Assembly: GCF_018350175.1 (NCBI RefSeq)
Contig: NC_058368.1
Location: 105,278,001-105,342,000 of the forward strand
Direction of reading: 5' to 3'
From: Felis catus
Lineage: Eukaryota
Length of the DNA stretch: 64,000 bases
Positions 27,150 to 40,534 of this stretch are shown here, piece by piece; the stretch's first letter is position 1, and each line of letters starts with the position of its first letter. Both the position numbers and the translations under genes were made by a program. The notes below the pieces were generated by a model. The model was not told the origin of the DNA, made no database searches, and worked only from the letters and a program-made list of their open reading frames with translations.

Positions 27150-27922
27150 TCTTTTTAATTGTGGTAAGATATATGCACTATACAATTCACCATTTTAACC
27201 ATTCTCATGTGTGTAATTTGGTAGCATCACAATACATTCGCAATGTGGTGTGACAACATTCCCACCATCCAGCCCCAGAAGTTTTTCCTCATCCCAGACT
27301 GAGACTCTGTGCCCACTAACTGCTCACTCCTCTCCCTCAGCCCTCGGTAACCACTATTCCATTTTCTGTCTCTATAATTTTGACTATTTTAGGTACTTCC
27401 TGTAAATGGAATCATTCACTATTAGTCCTCTTGTGACTGACTTGTTTCTCTAAGCACAGTGTCTTCAAGACTCATCCATGTTGGAGCAGGTGTCAAAATT
27501 TCCTTCCTTTTGAAGGCTGAGTAATATTCTATCATATGCATCTACCATATTTGTTTAGCCATTCATCAGTCAGTGAACATTGGAGTTGTTTCCATGTTTT
27601 GGCTGTTATGAATAACACTGCTCATGACTACTTGTGTACAAATATCTGTTGGAATTTCCCCCTCAATCTGGGGGGGGGGTAGGTATCTAAAATCACAATT
27701 GCTGGATCATATGGTAATTTTCTTTTTTGCCTGTTGAGGAATTGCCATACTGTTTTCTGCAGATGTTGTGCCATCTTGCACCCCCACCAACCATGTGCAA
27801 GTGTTCAATTTCTCCATATCCTTGCCAACATTTGGTATTTTCTGGTATTTTGGGGGGTGTTTTTTCTTTGTTTCATAACAGCCATCCTAACGGGTATGAA
27901 ATGTTATCTCATTGTGGTTTTG
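27150..27922 (-). mobile_element. L1MB-type 3' end
   Basis: 'caccattttaaccatt...ttccttccttttgaaggctgagtaatattc...gctggatcatatggtaatt...tctccatatccttgccaaca'. Confidence 0.88.
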
Positions 27923-28253
27923 GAAAAAATGACATCTTTTTACCATTGAGAAATCCTACCACTGGCTGTGTGTGTGTGTGTTCCATTTTTTTTCTGAAAT
28001 TAAAAATGTCTGACTTGCTGCTTACAAGAGGAATCCTACCAATGAACAATATTGAACTAATGTACAAGTTAGCATTTTAATCTTTTTAAAACGAGACAAA
28101 TAAATAATTCATTTATATCGGGGCAACATTCGTTTTCAAATATTCTCTTTTAGAACAAATTGTTTCATCTAACCTAAAACCTTAGATTTAGATTATAAAT
28201 TTATCTAATTTACATTGAAAACATTTTTTCAACTATTTCTTGTTTTTACTTTA

Positions 28254-28473
28254 TTTTTTTAATTTTTTTTAACGTTTATTTATTTTTGAGACAGAGAGAG
28301 ACAGAGCATGAACAGGGGAGGGGCAGAGAGAGAGGGAGACACAGAATCTGAAACAGGCTCCAGGCTCTGAGCTGTCAGCACAGAGCCCGACGCCGGGCTC
28401 GAACCCACCGACCGTGAGATTGTGACCCGAGCCGAAGTCGGACACTTAACCGACCAAGCCACCCAGGCGCCCC
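28254..28473 (-). mobile_element. Young CanSINE
   Basis: Many CpGs retained; perfect TSD ttgtttttacttta at 28240-28253 and 28474-28487. Confidence 0.97.
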
Positions 28474-28783
28474 TTGTTTTTACTTTAAATTGGCTCTCTA
28501 TTAATTAGCTATCTCAAATAAATATTTAACCTCAATTTTACTTCAAAAGATTTTGAATTTCCATTAAATCTATTACTAGTGGTGAAAAATGAAAAAACTA
28601 AGTCACCAAAATCTTTGGTATTGTGGTGACTCTTCTCTAAATAGCATGGCCAAGGAAACCTATAATAATCCTTATACTTTTTTGTTTAACCAGTTGAGTT
28701 AATATGAAGTTAGAATCTAGATATTTGATTCATAGTCCACAGCGCTTCTAGACATAATAGCAACAGTGTATAAACTCTGCAGT

Positions 28784-29003
28784 GGGGCGCCTGGGTGGCT
28801 CAGTTTGGTTACGCTTCTGATTTCAGCTCAGGTCATGATCTCGCGGTTCGTGAGTTTGAGTCCTGTGTGGAGCTGTGTGTTGAAAGCTCAGAGACTGGAG
28901 CCTACTTCGGATTCTGTGCCTCCCTCTCTCTCTGCCCCTCCCCTGCTCACACTTTGTCTGTCTCTCTCAAAAATAAATAATAATAAACATTAAAAAAAAA
29001 TTT
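28784..29003 (+). mobile_element. CanSINE
   Basis: Full-length SINE; TSD aactctgcag. Confidence 0.96.
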
Positions 29004-29862
29004 AACTCTGCAGACAAGGCAATCAAATTGTAATAACTAGGAAGTGTATTTGGGAGGGAATATAGGTGCTTCTTGTCTACTCAGCGTTGGTGTTTTGTAA
29101 GAATATACTCACAATTCAGGGTGGCTTAATGTCATCATTTTGCTCTTCTGAAGAAGAGTCATGCCATCTGATGCCTCGTCTTACACACACACTGACTATA
29201 CACATCTCACTGCTTGTTCATCCCTAGAACAGCAAACTTTATGGTTCTTTCTCAGGACAGATGATTTTAAAGAGGGAAATACTTAAAACATGCTAATACT
29301 CTAAGCCCAACCATTTCCCCTGGTGATGTAATTTGAGAACTCTTTGATTTGGGCCAGGTCAGGTTTTCCCTTAGAAACTTGAAGGTCTAAGGATTTCTAT
29401 TAAGTACTAAATGAAATAAAGTTTACAAGAAGAGGTTTTCTAAACTCAATTTTTACTGAAGTATAAAGGAGAATTATTCCTAAAACATTATCAGTCATTC
29501 TTGTCTCATCTTTCATTTCACTTTCCCAAAACAAAATAAAAACTTCAAGTAGATCACAAATAAGTTTTAACATCACTACACCCTGATAAAATTTAAGTAC
29601 ATTAGTGCTATCATATCACTTGCTCAAGGAAAACTTAGAAATATCACACTGGTTTCTGATTTGAATTTTTGTAGTACTAAAAAAGTGGCTTGAAATACCC
29701 TGATATAAGTGCTAGTTTTAGTAATTTACTTTTATTTCTCCTCGGATTTCCTTTTGCCATTAAGTGTAGACCTTGAGACTAAGACTTATTCCACAAAATA
29801 GGCAGTGGCAACTGTATAGTACAAAGAGTAATTGTTTAACTTTGGCTTTCAAACTGAGATTT

Positions 29863-30064
29863 AAAAAAAAAAAGTCTTTATTTCTGAGAGAGACACACAC
29901 AGAACATGAGCAGAAAAGGGGCAAAGAGAGAGAGAGACACAGAATCAATATGAAGCAGACTCCAGGCTCTGAGCTGTCAGCACATGGCTCAAACTCACAA
30001 GCTGTGAGATCACAACCTGAGCCAAAGTCAGATGCTTAACCAACTGAGCCACCCAGGTGCTCCC
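29863..30064 (-). mobile_element. CanSINE
   Basis: SINE, reverse complement; TSD aaactgagattt. Confidence 0.95.
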
Positions 30065-33000
30065 AAACTGAGATTTTTGAAAGCTCCATAAGAAGATAGT
30101 AGTTTTGAAAATCACGCTTTGAATACGAAGAGTAACTTTCTCAATCTCTCAAAATCCTATTTTTTCAAAGGTTGGAACCTCTAATATTCAATCATTTTTT
30201 ACCAATAAGAAGGGAAATCTATTATTTTTCATCCTAGAACATATATTAAGCACAGAAGCTTGGAGAACTGGCTCAAGATTGCACCAAAGAAAAGAAAAGG
30301 AGATTAGGTTATGTGGCATAAAAATAATTCTTACTTTACTGTCCTGACAAGGAAATGCCAAAGAGAGAAGAGAGAGAAGGATGTGTGCCCAAAGACACAA
30401 GGCCAAACCCCTGGGAGAAAGCAATGGGCAGTAGTATAAACACCCCACTGAACTGTGGTGAATTCAATGCTATGCTACATAGCCTGATGAGTCTGTCCTC
30501 CTAGGTATCCCTTACTGACCGGCCAGCATCTCTGATTCCCCATATCTCAGATACTAGTCCAGGAAATACAGGCATTCTCTTGTGCCCCATCTGGGGTGAG
30601 GAGGGAGGGACTAAAGAGCTGAAACTCCATGAGAGCTAGGGTTGGGGCAAGGAGACTGGTTTGAGACCTAGAGAAGACACCAGGGTCCTCAATGACCAGT
30701 TCCACTGCGACATTTGAAAAGCAGCTGAAACCAGCTCAACCGAAAGCAATCAGCAAAGGATACAAGAAAGCATGGGGACAACAGTGACCTCACAGCAGGA
30801 CAACCTAAGTATCAGGCACCTTTTTGTCAAACCTCAGCAGTGTGGTGTTTACTATGGCAAAGTATCAGATAAAATGGCGAGAAGACCCCAGAACTGACTT
30901 AAATGCTGTGGGGACAGAGAGGCGACAGTTTTCAACTAGAGGGATGTAAAAACCCTGAGCGGGCAAGTTCAGGTTCATTATCTTCCCCTGGCTTCCAAGT
31001 GACAATGGGAGATGGATAAAAAAACAAGAAATCAATTAAATTTTGAGGCATACCACACTAGACATGGATAAATAAGTTCTTCAAGATGGGTTGCATATAA
31101 GAAACGTTTTCTTTTTTCCCTTTTGAACCTGTTTGCAACTTTTTGATTTTCTGCCTTCTTTGTAGTCTTCTGTGCCATTAGTATTCGATGGGCCCAATCT
31201 CAGCAGCTGTACATGCTGTAAAGTTAAACAATTTGTCCCTCATCATATGGCTGCTTAACGAAAGAACTGGATGCAGCACTTGTATTTTTCTGACACCAGA
31301 AGGTCCAAAGGTGCCTTCTCATAAAGAGAGGCTGTTTTGTTTTGGTTTTAAGTTTTAGTTATAAAGTGCAAAGATGATGATACACTGAATTTTATTGTAC
31401 TAATGACAAATGGTTTCTTTTATTTTTATTTTTCTGGTCAAGAGAGAGAAATGGAAAAGCTCAAGCCTTGATAAAATGGCTTATAAATATTATTTCATTT
31501 CTTACGGAAGACCATAATCTCAATTCATCTCTGAGATGTTTTTTATTAGCTCTCCTATTAAAGAACATCTGTACAAGGATCAAATTTCAGTATTTTCAAA
31601 ACGTGCTCATTTTAATTTTGGCACAGTTTCCTTACTTCCGCTGGGTCTGCCAAGCCAAACACCTGTGTGAAAGAGACACGTCAAACAGATCACACAGAGG
31701 GAGTGACGCTAAGATGATGGAGACAATCAGCATGTGCTACAAAGACAAGCTGACCTTCCTGCGTCTCCAGAGCCCCAAGGTGATTTCAGGTCTGCACCTG
31801 CTCCCTGAAGCTAGAGGCTAGACCCTTTCTGTCCTGCTTGTCCATCTGCAAAATGACATATGCCTGTATGGCTTTCAAGGTGATGTGCAGTAAAATTCTC
31901 TGTTGATTTCTCTTTAAACTGGATCCTGATGTACTGGGTCCCTAGAAGCCTTTGGCAACCTCACCGAACAGAAAATTCAAAAGCTCAGAAGACAAGAAGG
32001 GTGCCAGCATTTGATACTGGCTTCCTAAGTCATTACAAAGAAGTCATGTTCAAATGAACCAATGCTGTACCTTTCTCAGATTTGCTGGTTAACGTATCCA
32101 ACTTTATTATTAGCAAGGGAGTGGGGCAGAACGATGTAATATAAAAGGAACATTCCATTTGTGCTTCTAAATGATTCTGTGTGTAATAGGGAAATCTAGA
32201 CAACAGTAAACTCCCAGCATTGATCTAGTAATTGTTCAGAACCGAATAAATATACAGGAGTTTAAATAGTTGTATGTAACACAACTCCCCCTACCATTCC
32301 CATTGTTTCCCCATTGCGGTAAACATGGAATTTTCTGTTCTCATGCAGGAGCCATAAGAAAGGTAGTATCCAGTAGTAAACAGTGGACCAGTGACTGTCC
32401 AGATCACAGTATTTCACATGACCCCATATACAAGCTAACATCAGTGTTCTGCCAAAGTATAACCCATGGGGAATAGGCCTTTGAGGTTGTTTAAAAGTGG
32501 TAGGCTGTGAGAGAGAAGCCTATTTCCTTTCTTAGAGCCTAATTTAGCTGGAAAATGAAGATAGAATATGAGTTTCCTGTAGCTTCATGCATTGTGTAAT
32601 TTTATTGGACATAAACAAACTTGCTCTGAATGGCTTATAGGAGCCAGCTGAGATATTTACTTTTATGCAAAATGTGACCTTCAAGCTATATATAGCACAT
32701 CATCCAACAAGGACACAAAATAGTTCTGAACAATGCCCCTTTACAACTAGTCCCATCATCAAATCCGACAACGGAGATCGCTTTCTTAAATTTCACAAGG
32801 CATACGTTGAGCCCTACAATATTGTGAAGACATCAACCAACCTTTGTGAAACACCAGTGTGAGCCACTAAGTGTGCAAGCCCTGAAGACAGGGAGCCAGG
32901 TGATAATGTATCTCCATCCCCAAGGAGCTTACATGCCAGAGGAGAGGACACAGATGTAGATGTGCAAATACTAAAGATTGTCCAGTGCATTCCGAAGCCT

Positions 33001-35111
33001 GAAGAAAAACTGGACAATAAGCCTGCTGCTATTATTTAAACTTGGGAATTCTTCATGATTCCAGAGGTAGTCACTTACTTGTAATTGAAATGGACATTTC
33101 CTACACCTTCTCCCATACACTGATCGTAGGAAGCTAAAAATGCACGCATGTACGGTATTCCTCTCAGCCTAAGTTGGAATGCTCCATGATTTATATTTAT
33201 GGACGGATATTCACATATAGAGAGATTTTGTCTTCTTGGAACATAGAAGGGATGACTACATAGGGTAAAACTGAGAAGGAGGGAGTGTATTAATACCACA
33301 ATTCCCTATTCTTGCCTCATTTTAAGTGCTTTACCCAGTTATTTTAAGCCCTATGCCCACTTATCTCCCACCCTCCACCACCTCCTACCAAAAAAAAGTT
33401 TTTGTCAGGAAACAAGAAAATATCAAGCAAGGAAATGCTACTAACATAAGGTGGTGTCTTCAGGCTGCCCTTCCAGTAGGCTCCCTATCAAGCCTAAGTT
33501 GTGCATTTTCGTGGACAGGGTCTACCAACAGGTTGTATAGCTGTTCTCCTGTTATGACCAACGGAAACAAGTTCCTGGGGATAGGAAAAAAAATTGTACT
33601 CCCCATTTTTTTTTCTTTTAAGTATGATATCTAAACTCTATATAGAGGGATTGTGGAACTTGAAGTCTTCCAGGAACCCAACGGCTTGTGCATTTACAGA
33701 AAGCACAGGAAAAAACTGTCTCCTTGATAATGGGTGCAGCCTCTTATCTGGATCAGATCCCTTTGGGTAATAAATAAGGTGTTCAATGGAGCTGTCATAT
33801 CCAGTATATGTGGTATTTTCGGGAAGAAGGATTTTTCACTCTCTGATTAGATTTTTATAAGTAACTAAAATCTCTGGTACGGTTTCTTCTCCCCTGTTCA
33901 GTTCTCATTGAGTTCCGCAACGCTTCCTAGAAGACTTGCTAAGGCTTGCTCTGTGGTACCACATAACCAGGTTGACACCTAACCGTGAAAGAACCACAAC
34001 CAGCTCCAGATTGTCCCTCCTGTCAGCTTGTTACTTAGGACAAGGTAGTCTTTGAAATTTAAAAGCAAATTGAATTTTAGTAAAGCCGTGTTCTGCGTGT
34101 AGCCTTCATCAAATACCTTGTCCTATCATCAAAAGCTACACTGTCCAAAAGCTCTTTCATGCTACATTAATACCTAGCTATGGTGTTTAGCAGCAGAAGA
34201 AATGTTCTGTTTCATGTGTGAACCTTCCAGAGATAGCAAGATGCAGGAACGAGATCAGTGGTTTTGGAGTCAAAACAGATCTAATTTGAATTCCAGCTGA
34301 GTAATTTTTTGTTGTGAGGGGGGGTGGGTTTCTATAAAACCAGTATTATGATGGCTATTATATAGACCAAGAAAATGAGGTCCGAAGAAGTCATTTACTC
34401 CAGGACACATAATGAGTAAATGGCCCAGGAAGTATTCAGATACAGACAACACTTTACCATACTTCTTTCCAAACTGAGTCTTTACCTCACTGGGACTTGA
34501 ATGCTTCACTATTTTGAATTAGTATCTGTTATAAGCCTACATTTACCTCTTTACTGTTGGTAAGTAAGTAGTTCTACATCCTGAGGCCTCTCTGAACACA
34601 AAAGACAGAACACCTCCTAAGCACACTGGAACAAAAAGATTTTCAGGTTCAGTTCCACCTAGACTGCTGCTTCCTATAAGAACTATGAGATCAAATTTTG
34701 AAACCTAGCTGTAGTTACTGTAGTTAAATCCGATGTGGAGATGGTCTATTTTGGAGACTTGTAAGTCACATGACTTTAGGTCCCCTGGAGACACAGAGGA
34801 AGGAGGTGTAGAATTTTCTCCTAGACGTCTCTGAAGATTTTAGGAGTCATTAACAACTACAGGCCTTTTAGATTGAGATCGCCAGTCAACTTCCTGAGAT
34901 AAAACCAGATGAATTGCCTGAAGACCAGACAATTCTTCAACCAATGGCTCGCACTAATAGGACATTTGCTAGAGGGCAAAATGGGAGTTAATATGGTTAG
35001 CAAGACCCATCCGTCTGAAATTCTTCACTTATCCCAAGTTGAGGAAGGTGGAAAAGGCAATCAAGAATACGGTTGAGGGAATATATACCTACCACCAACA
35101 ATTTGAGGTGT

Positions 35112-35205
35112 TTTTTTTTTCGTTTTTTGTGTTTTTTTTTTTTTAGCGAAGTATAGTTGACATAAAATATTATATTAGTTTCAGGTGTACAACCTAGTGA
35201 CTGCA
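35112..35205 (-). mobile_element. Short carnivore L1 3' terminus
   Basis: T-tail followed by 'gaagtatagttgacataaaatattatattagtttcaggtgtacaac'. Confidence 0.75.
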
Positions 35206-35562
35206 CAACATTTGAATTTGTTTTGACTTGTACTTTTTCGTGTGTTTGTATGAATATGGACGGAGGTTAGAGAAGGTAAGGAAGAGAAGAAAACAATTGG
35301 AAGGAGTAGAATTATTAGAATAAATGTTCCAATACCAAAATAACTGCCCCTTGGAAATTACAGCAGAAAGGACAAGTAGGAGAGAAGACTGATCTAGTGA
35401 TAATGAATGTCATGGAGGAAATAAGTTTCACATTTTTTGGATGTGGAAGGCTGATTGGTTCAGGATGTTTATAATTGGAGACACTCACAACCTTGCTTAA
35501 TAAATCTTGCCTTGCAGAGCCACAGATGGAAATTTCTTCTATACTGTCTATCCTGACTAGTA

Positions 35563-35860
35563 TAGGTCTACAATCTCTTATCTGAAACTGGGAGACCAAA
35601 TATGTTTCAAAATGCAGAATTTTTCAAAGTTGAAAGGTAATCCCAACAGGGACAATATTCCACAATCAAATATATTCATACAATATTTACACTGAATGGG
35701 TTATCTAAATACTATAAATAGCTTTCCATCAGCTAGCATCAGATTTTGCTGCCAAATGAATTCAGATCAGGTCAGGTCAGATTTTGCCACCAGATGAGCT
35801 ATGAAAAACTTTCTTTTTCCAGAGCTTCTAGGATTTTGGGAAAAGAGCTATGGAATTGTC
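35563..35860. mobile_element. Tigger15a-like TcMar DNA transposon relic
   Basis: Start 'aggtctacaatctcttatctgaaac...gaccaaatatgtttc' and end 'gagctatgaaaaactttctttttccagagct...ggatttt' match my recollection of Tigger15a termini. Confidence 0.65.
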
Positions 35861-35984
35861 AACCTATACAAATGGAAACTTCTATTTGACTGTTCTATTA
35901 AAGGGAAACATCAGCTAATTTATAGGAAGATAATAATCAAGGAAACTTTCATTCAGGGAATGTGCTTAGAAATTGCAGATATAC

Positions 35985-36470
35985 AATAATACTACTACAG
36001 TTAACATTTCTTTAGCAACTATTATGTACCAGGCACTACCTTAAGAGCTTAATATTTATTAACCCACATAATTCTCTTACAGTTCTATGAGGTACTTTAT
36101 TTTTTTTAACGTTTATTTATTTTTGAGACAGAGAGAGACAGAGCATGAACAGGGGAGGGGCAGAGAGAGAGAGAGACACAGAATCTGAAACAGGCTCCAG
36201 GCTCTGAGCTGTCAGCACAGAGCCTGACACGGGGCTTGAACTCACGGACCCTGAGATCATGACCTGAGCCGAAGTCGGATGCTTAACCGACCAAGCCACC
36301 CAGGCGCCCCTATGAGGTACTATATTGGTGTATTGATAGGCCTATTTACAGATGAAGAAACTGAAGCACGGTAAAGTTTTAGTCATTCTGCCAAGCTCAT
36401 ACAGCAAGTTCATTGGAGGGGTCCCAGTTTGAAGAAAGATTGCTCCTTTCCATAAATACTCACACTATAG
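35985..36470 (-). mobile_element. MIR interrupted by a SINE
   Basis: 'tatgtaccaggcact...ctatgaggtact | ...atttacagatgaagaaactgaagcac'. Confidence 0.8.
36097..36310 (-). mobile_element. Young CanSINE
   Basis: Perfect TSD tatgaggtact at 36086-36096 and 36311-36321. Confidence 0.97.
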
Positions 36471-37347
36471 TGTTATGTTCCACAGAAAGAAAACAATTCT
36501 TACATATCATTCTACCCACAATCCTGTTTAACTCTATAGGAAATGAAGGTGGGTATATTACATGTAAAATTATTCTAATACTTCTCAAAATGCTTGCTTT
36601 CATCATGGAGTGTATGTGGTGTTAGAGAATATTTGCAATTCTTGGTCTTGCAACTTAGACAACTAACAGATTGTTGATACAAACAAACTTCTTACACATA
36701 ACAGAAGGAGAAATGAGCATTTATTTGTATTTTCCCCTGAGAGTAGACTAGTTTCTAGTGACTGTTTTATCCCTAAGGCCTAAGAGGCACTTTTCAGGAT
36801 AAACAACTTTGTCCAAATCTCCAAAACAAATAAGCCCCATTCAGAAATGCTGATTTATATTATTCCATTTGTTTACACTTCTCTCCTCATCAATATTAAT
36901 CCATTACAATGTTTTATGAAATCAAACTTTTATGTTAATTTGTTTTTGGGTAGAAGTATATAGCACTGATGGAAAGGCAGTTGACAACCTTGCATTGGGT
37001 GGATTGTATTATTCTCCTGGTCTCTACAGACTTCTGGCCACGCTTATCTGTATGTGTATATAGAATGTACGTATGCACACGGAATGTGTGACACATCCAG
37101 ATAGGATCACAACTGATTCCACCAGCACTTGGAAAATGATGCTGCTCATCCAGTTCTACCACTCTAGATACTTGATTGCTAGAGTCAGATGCTTCCACCT
37201 GGTTCCCATGCCTATCTCTAACAACATCTAAAGGGTTCTTTGACTCAGAACATTGTCAAGATGAAAGATTGGGAAGGCCTAAAGCCAAGTATGGGACACA
37301 CTATATACAGTTTTCCAAAGTCACTTTCAGTAAACCATGTAGTTCTT

Positions 37348-37480
37348 TTTTTTTTTTTTTTAAAGATTTTATTTTTGAGTAATCTCTACACCCAATGTGG
37401 GGCTCGAACTTACAACCCTGAGATCAAGAGTCACAGGCTCTAGTGATCAGTCAACCAGGCGCCCCCCCCCCCCCCGCCCC
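37348..37480 (-). mobile_element. Short-form CanSINE
   Basis: Perfect 16-bp TSD aaaccatgtagttctt at 37332-37347 and 37481-37496. Confidence 0.93.
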
Positions 37481-37829
37481 AAACCATGTAGTTCTTACAT
37501 TACTTTCCAATCCAATTTAAGGAATTTGTGGATAAGGAAACAACTCCTTCCTGTTCCTGCCCATATTCTGCACCATTACCATTGACCTGCAAGATTCCCT
37601 GTTCTTTCCTACCCCTTGCACTGTCCCAGTTTCAGACTGTACATGGTAGAGTCACTCTCTCGTATCACAGCTTCTGTGCACAAAGCATACAATTCCCAGT
37701 CTCCCTATCTCCAGTTGTACCAGGTTCTCTCTCAAGGCACAGAGTCTTTTTGTCACTGAAGTTTTATAGCAGATTCTACTTTGTTTGCTGCACAAGACTG
37801 TGCAGGGACTTTAAACAGTCACTATTTTC

Positions 37830-37884
37830 TTTTTTTTTTTAAATATGAAATTTATTGTCAAATTGGTTTCCATACAACACCCAG
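37830..37884 (-). mobile_element. 55-bp L1 3'-terminal insertion
   Basis: Reverse complement reads ctgggtgttgtatggaaaccaatttgacaataaatttcatattt + A11; 17-bp TSD with one mismatch. Confidence 0.93.
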
Positions 37885-39689
37885 AAAGAGTCACTATTTT
37901 CCAAAGCATCCTCTGCAAAATTTGCCCAGCAAATGCTCAGTCCTGTAGCTTTTTCTTTTACTAGGCTCCTTTTCTAGGTCTCATTTTCCTTCTCTCCTTC
38001 TTTCTGTCTATTTCTCTGTCTCTCTGTACTTCTATATACCCTGTACTACAGAGGCAGCATGGGCTATTTAGACAGAGAGTTCGACTTTCAGGTGGGCTAA
38101 GTCCAGATGAAAGATTCCCCATTGGATAGCAGCCACTTACCCTCTATTACTTCCCATGTCACGTTATCTACTTCCTCTTTGGTATTTTTGTACCATACAG
38201 ACATTTGTTTATACAAGCACAGATACACACACACCTGCACCCCTGTATCATCCTTGCAGAGAGAAGATAATCTGAAGATTTAAGTTTTAATAACATTTAT
38301 TATAGCAGTTATTAATATAGAACCAATTTTAAAAATGTTTTTTTTACAGTTTTAATTGAAATTCTTACTTGGCAGCATTCTTATTTTCCACATTTGAGAG
38401 ACTCATGCTCATATGCAAATATCTAACTTTGTGGTTGACCATGAATAGGGTTCATAATTTCCAGGAAGCTGGAAACCTTAAGAAGTATTTTTTCTGCTCA
38501 ACTTTGGCCCTTTTGGCCATTTTTCTATAAGAAAAGACTGATGAGAAGTTTTGGGGTCATCGTGACATTAGAAGAATACTAAATAAGCCCTTCACTCCTA
38601 CCCATCCATTTTTAAAGAAGACAGAGTCATAGTCACCATAATTGTTTCCAATTTAACTCAGCAAGAATCTGGCACTTATCATGGACCCGCTACTGGGCAA
38701 TACAGATGTAGTATGGGCTGTTATACCAGGCATAAGGAGCGTAAATGGCAACATGTAAACTAACAACATGTAAACAATGCAAAATAAGTTTAGAATTTAC
38801 GCCCAGAAGTTCAAAGTCCCTAGTACAATCAGAGGACTCTAGAATCAAAAAAAAAAAAAAAAAAATTTCATCGATCATATAGATTAATATTTTTGTTTTA
38901 TAAATGATGAGGCTGATACAAAGAGGGGCTGATTTGTCCAGAAGTTTAAGTACTTATTACAGTGAAGATCTATGTAGGTGTAGGCTCCAAACCCTCCTCT
39001 TGCATCTTTCGGAAGCTACTCTCCCTTCCCATCCTGAATTATATAATTCACTTCCTGGCTCTTGGACACTATTAATTTGTCCAAGGGTATATTTTAGAAT
39101 GTATAAATATATATATGAATATAATATACTATAAATATATCTGTATTTTTACTTTGTGATGTGTGTAGCTGTCATTTTAGAAATGTTGACATCCTGGGCA
39201 TTAAACATCACTGTACACTAAAAAATATACACTATTAAAAATATCTCTTATTATTTAGATTTAAAAAGTCTCTTCGAATGATAAGTATCCAAGGCAAATG
39301 TAAGCCTAAACTAACTGAATTCTGTGTGTGTTCTTTAGCCAAGAAGTAATTAATTCAGTTTCCTCAATATCAAAATGTCACAATGAGTAACATCATCTTT
39401 CTCAAAACCAACACATTGCATCCAGAACAACCAGCTTCTTCTTCTGCTAGAATTTTGATGCTGGTGTGCTTTTACTAGATATTTCCTATCCATTTGATTT
39501 TTTATGATGTGTTTAATTTTAAGCTATCTTCCAGACAAGAATTATTCAATTTATTGAAACTCTTGCCAGGGAAATGGCTACAACATTAAACTCCTAATAA
39601 TTGAGAGAGGTCTTTCTTTATTCATCGTTGATTCATACATTTTGCCTTCCTGACTTTTTTCCACTTCTGTCAGAAAATTAATATTATAT

Positions 39690-39843
39690 GGGGCAACTGG
39701 GTGGCTCAGTTGGTTGAGCGTCTGACTTCAGCTCAGGTCATGATCTGGCAGTTTGTGAGTTTGGGCCTTGTGTGGGGCTCTGTGCTGACAGCTTGGAGCC
39801 TGGAGCCTGTTTCAGATCCTCTCTGTGTCCCTCCTCCACTCGT

Positions 39844-39902
<59 letters not shown>

Positions 39903-39932
39903 AATAACTAAATATTTTTTTTAAATAAAGAA
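39690..39932 (+). mobile_element. CanSINE with a long (CT)n at ~39845-39899
   Basis: Full-length SINE with a CT microsatellite and A-rich tail. Confidence 0.95.
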
Positions 39933-40397
39933 GGAAAATTACTGTTATAAATAGCATTGCTTTAAATGTACTACAATGTTATAAGCTTAAACATCAATTG
40001 CTTAGCCCATCCACTGGTTGAGAGATCAGCTAGTAATCCAAGCCAATGGGATGTGAGGGATATTTGCTTAAGATTAAGGGGGAAAAAAGCCTCCTATTTT
40101 TCTTTAGTAGATAGGGTAGAGACCCTAGACAGAAGAAGGAGAGTCATCCCAAGAAGACAGTGGCAGTCATCTGGCTACCAGAGTAGTGCTAGGCTTAGGA
40201 AGAAGCAGACATTGTAAAGAAAGAGCAGAAAGACCAGATGATCTTCAGTTCTATCACTGGGACTACTAGCTCAATTCTTTTCAGAAACTAGCCCTATATC
40301 TGGAGTGAATACATTTTCTTTATTACTTAAGCCACTTAGAGTTAGGCTTTCAGCTTTTTGGACACATAAAAACTACTGAATAATACACTATTATTAG

Positions 40398-40507
40398 CTT
40401 TTTTGTTTTTTCTTTAAGTAAGCTCTACGCACAATGTGGGGCTTGAACTCATGACCCTGCGATCAAGAGTCACTTGCTCTACTGACTGAGCCGGCCAGGA
40501 ACTCCTC
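40398..40507 (-). mobile_element. Short-form CanSINE
   Basis: 'gtggggcttgaactcatgaccctgcgatcaagagtcacttgctctactgactgagcc'. Confidence 0.85.
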
Positions 40508-40534
40508 TATGGCATTTTTAACAATTTTGTTAAC

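Noticed and set aside
35740..35800. Direct repeat cagattttgc(t/c)(g/a)cca(a/g)atga
   Set aside because: It lies within the Tigger15a-like relic and is probably inherited from the transposon
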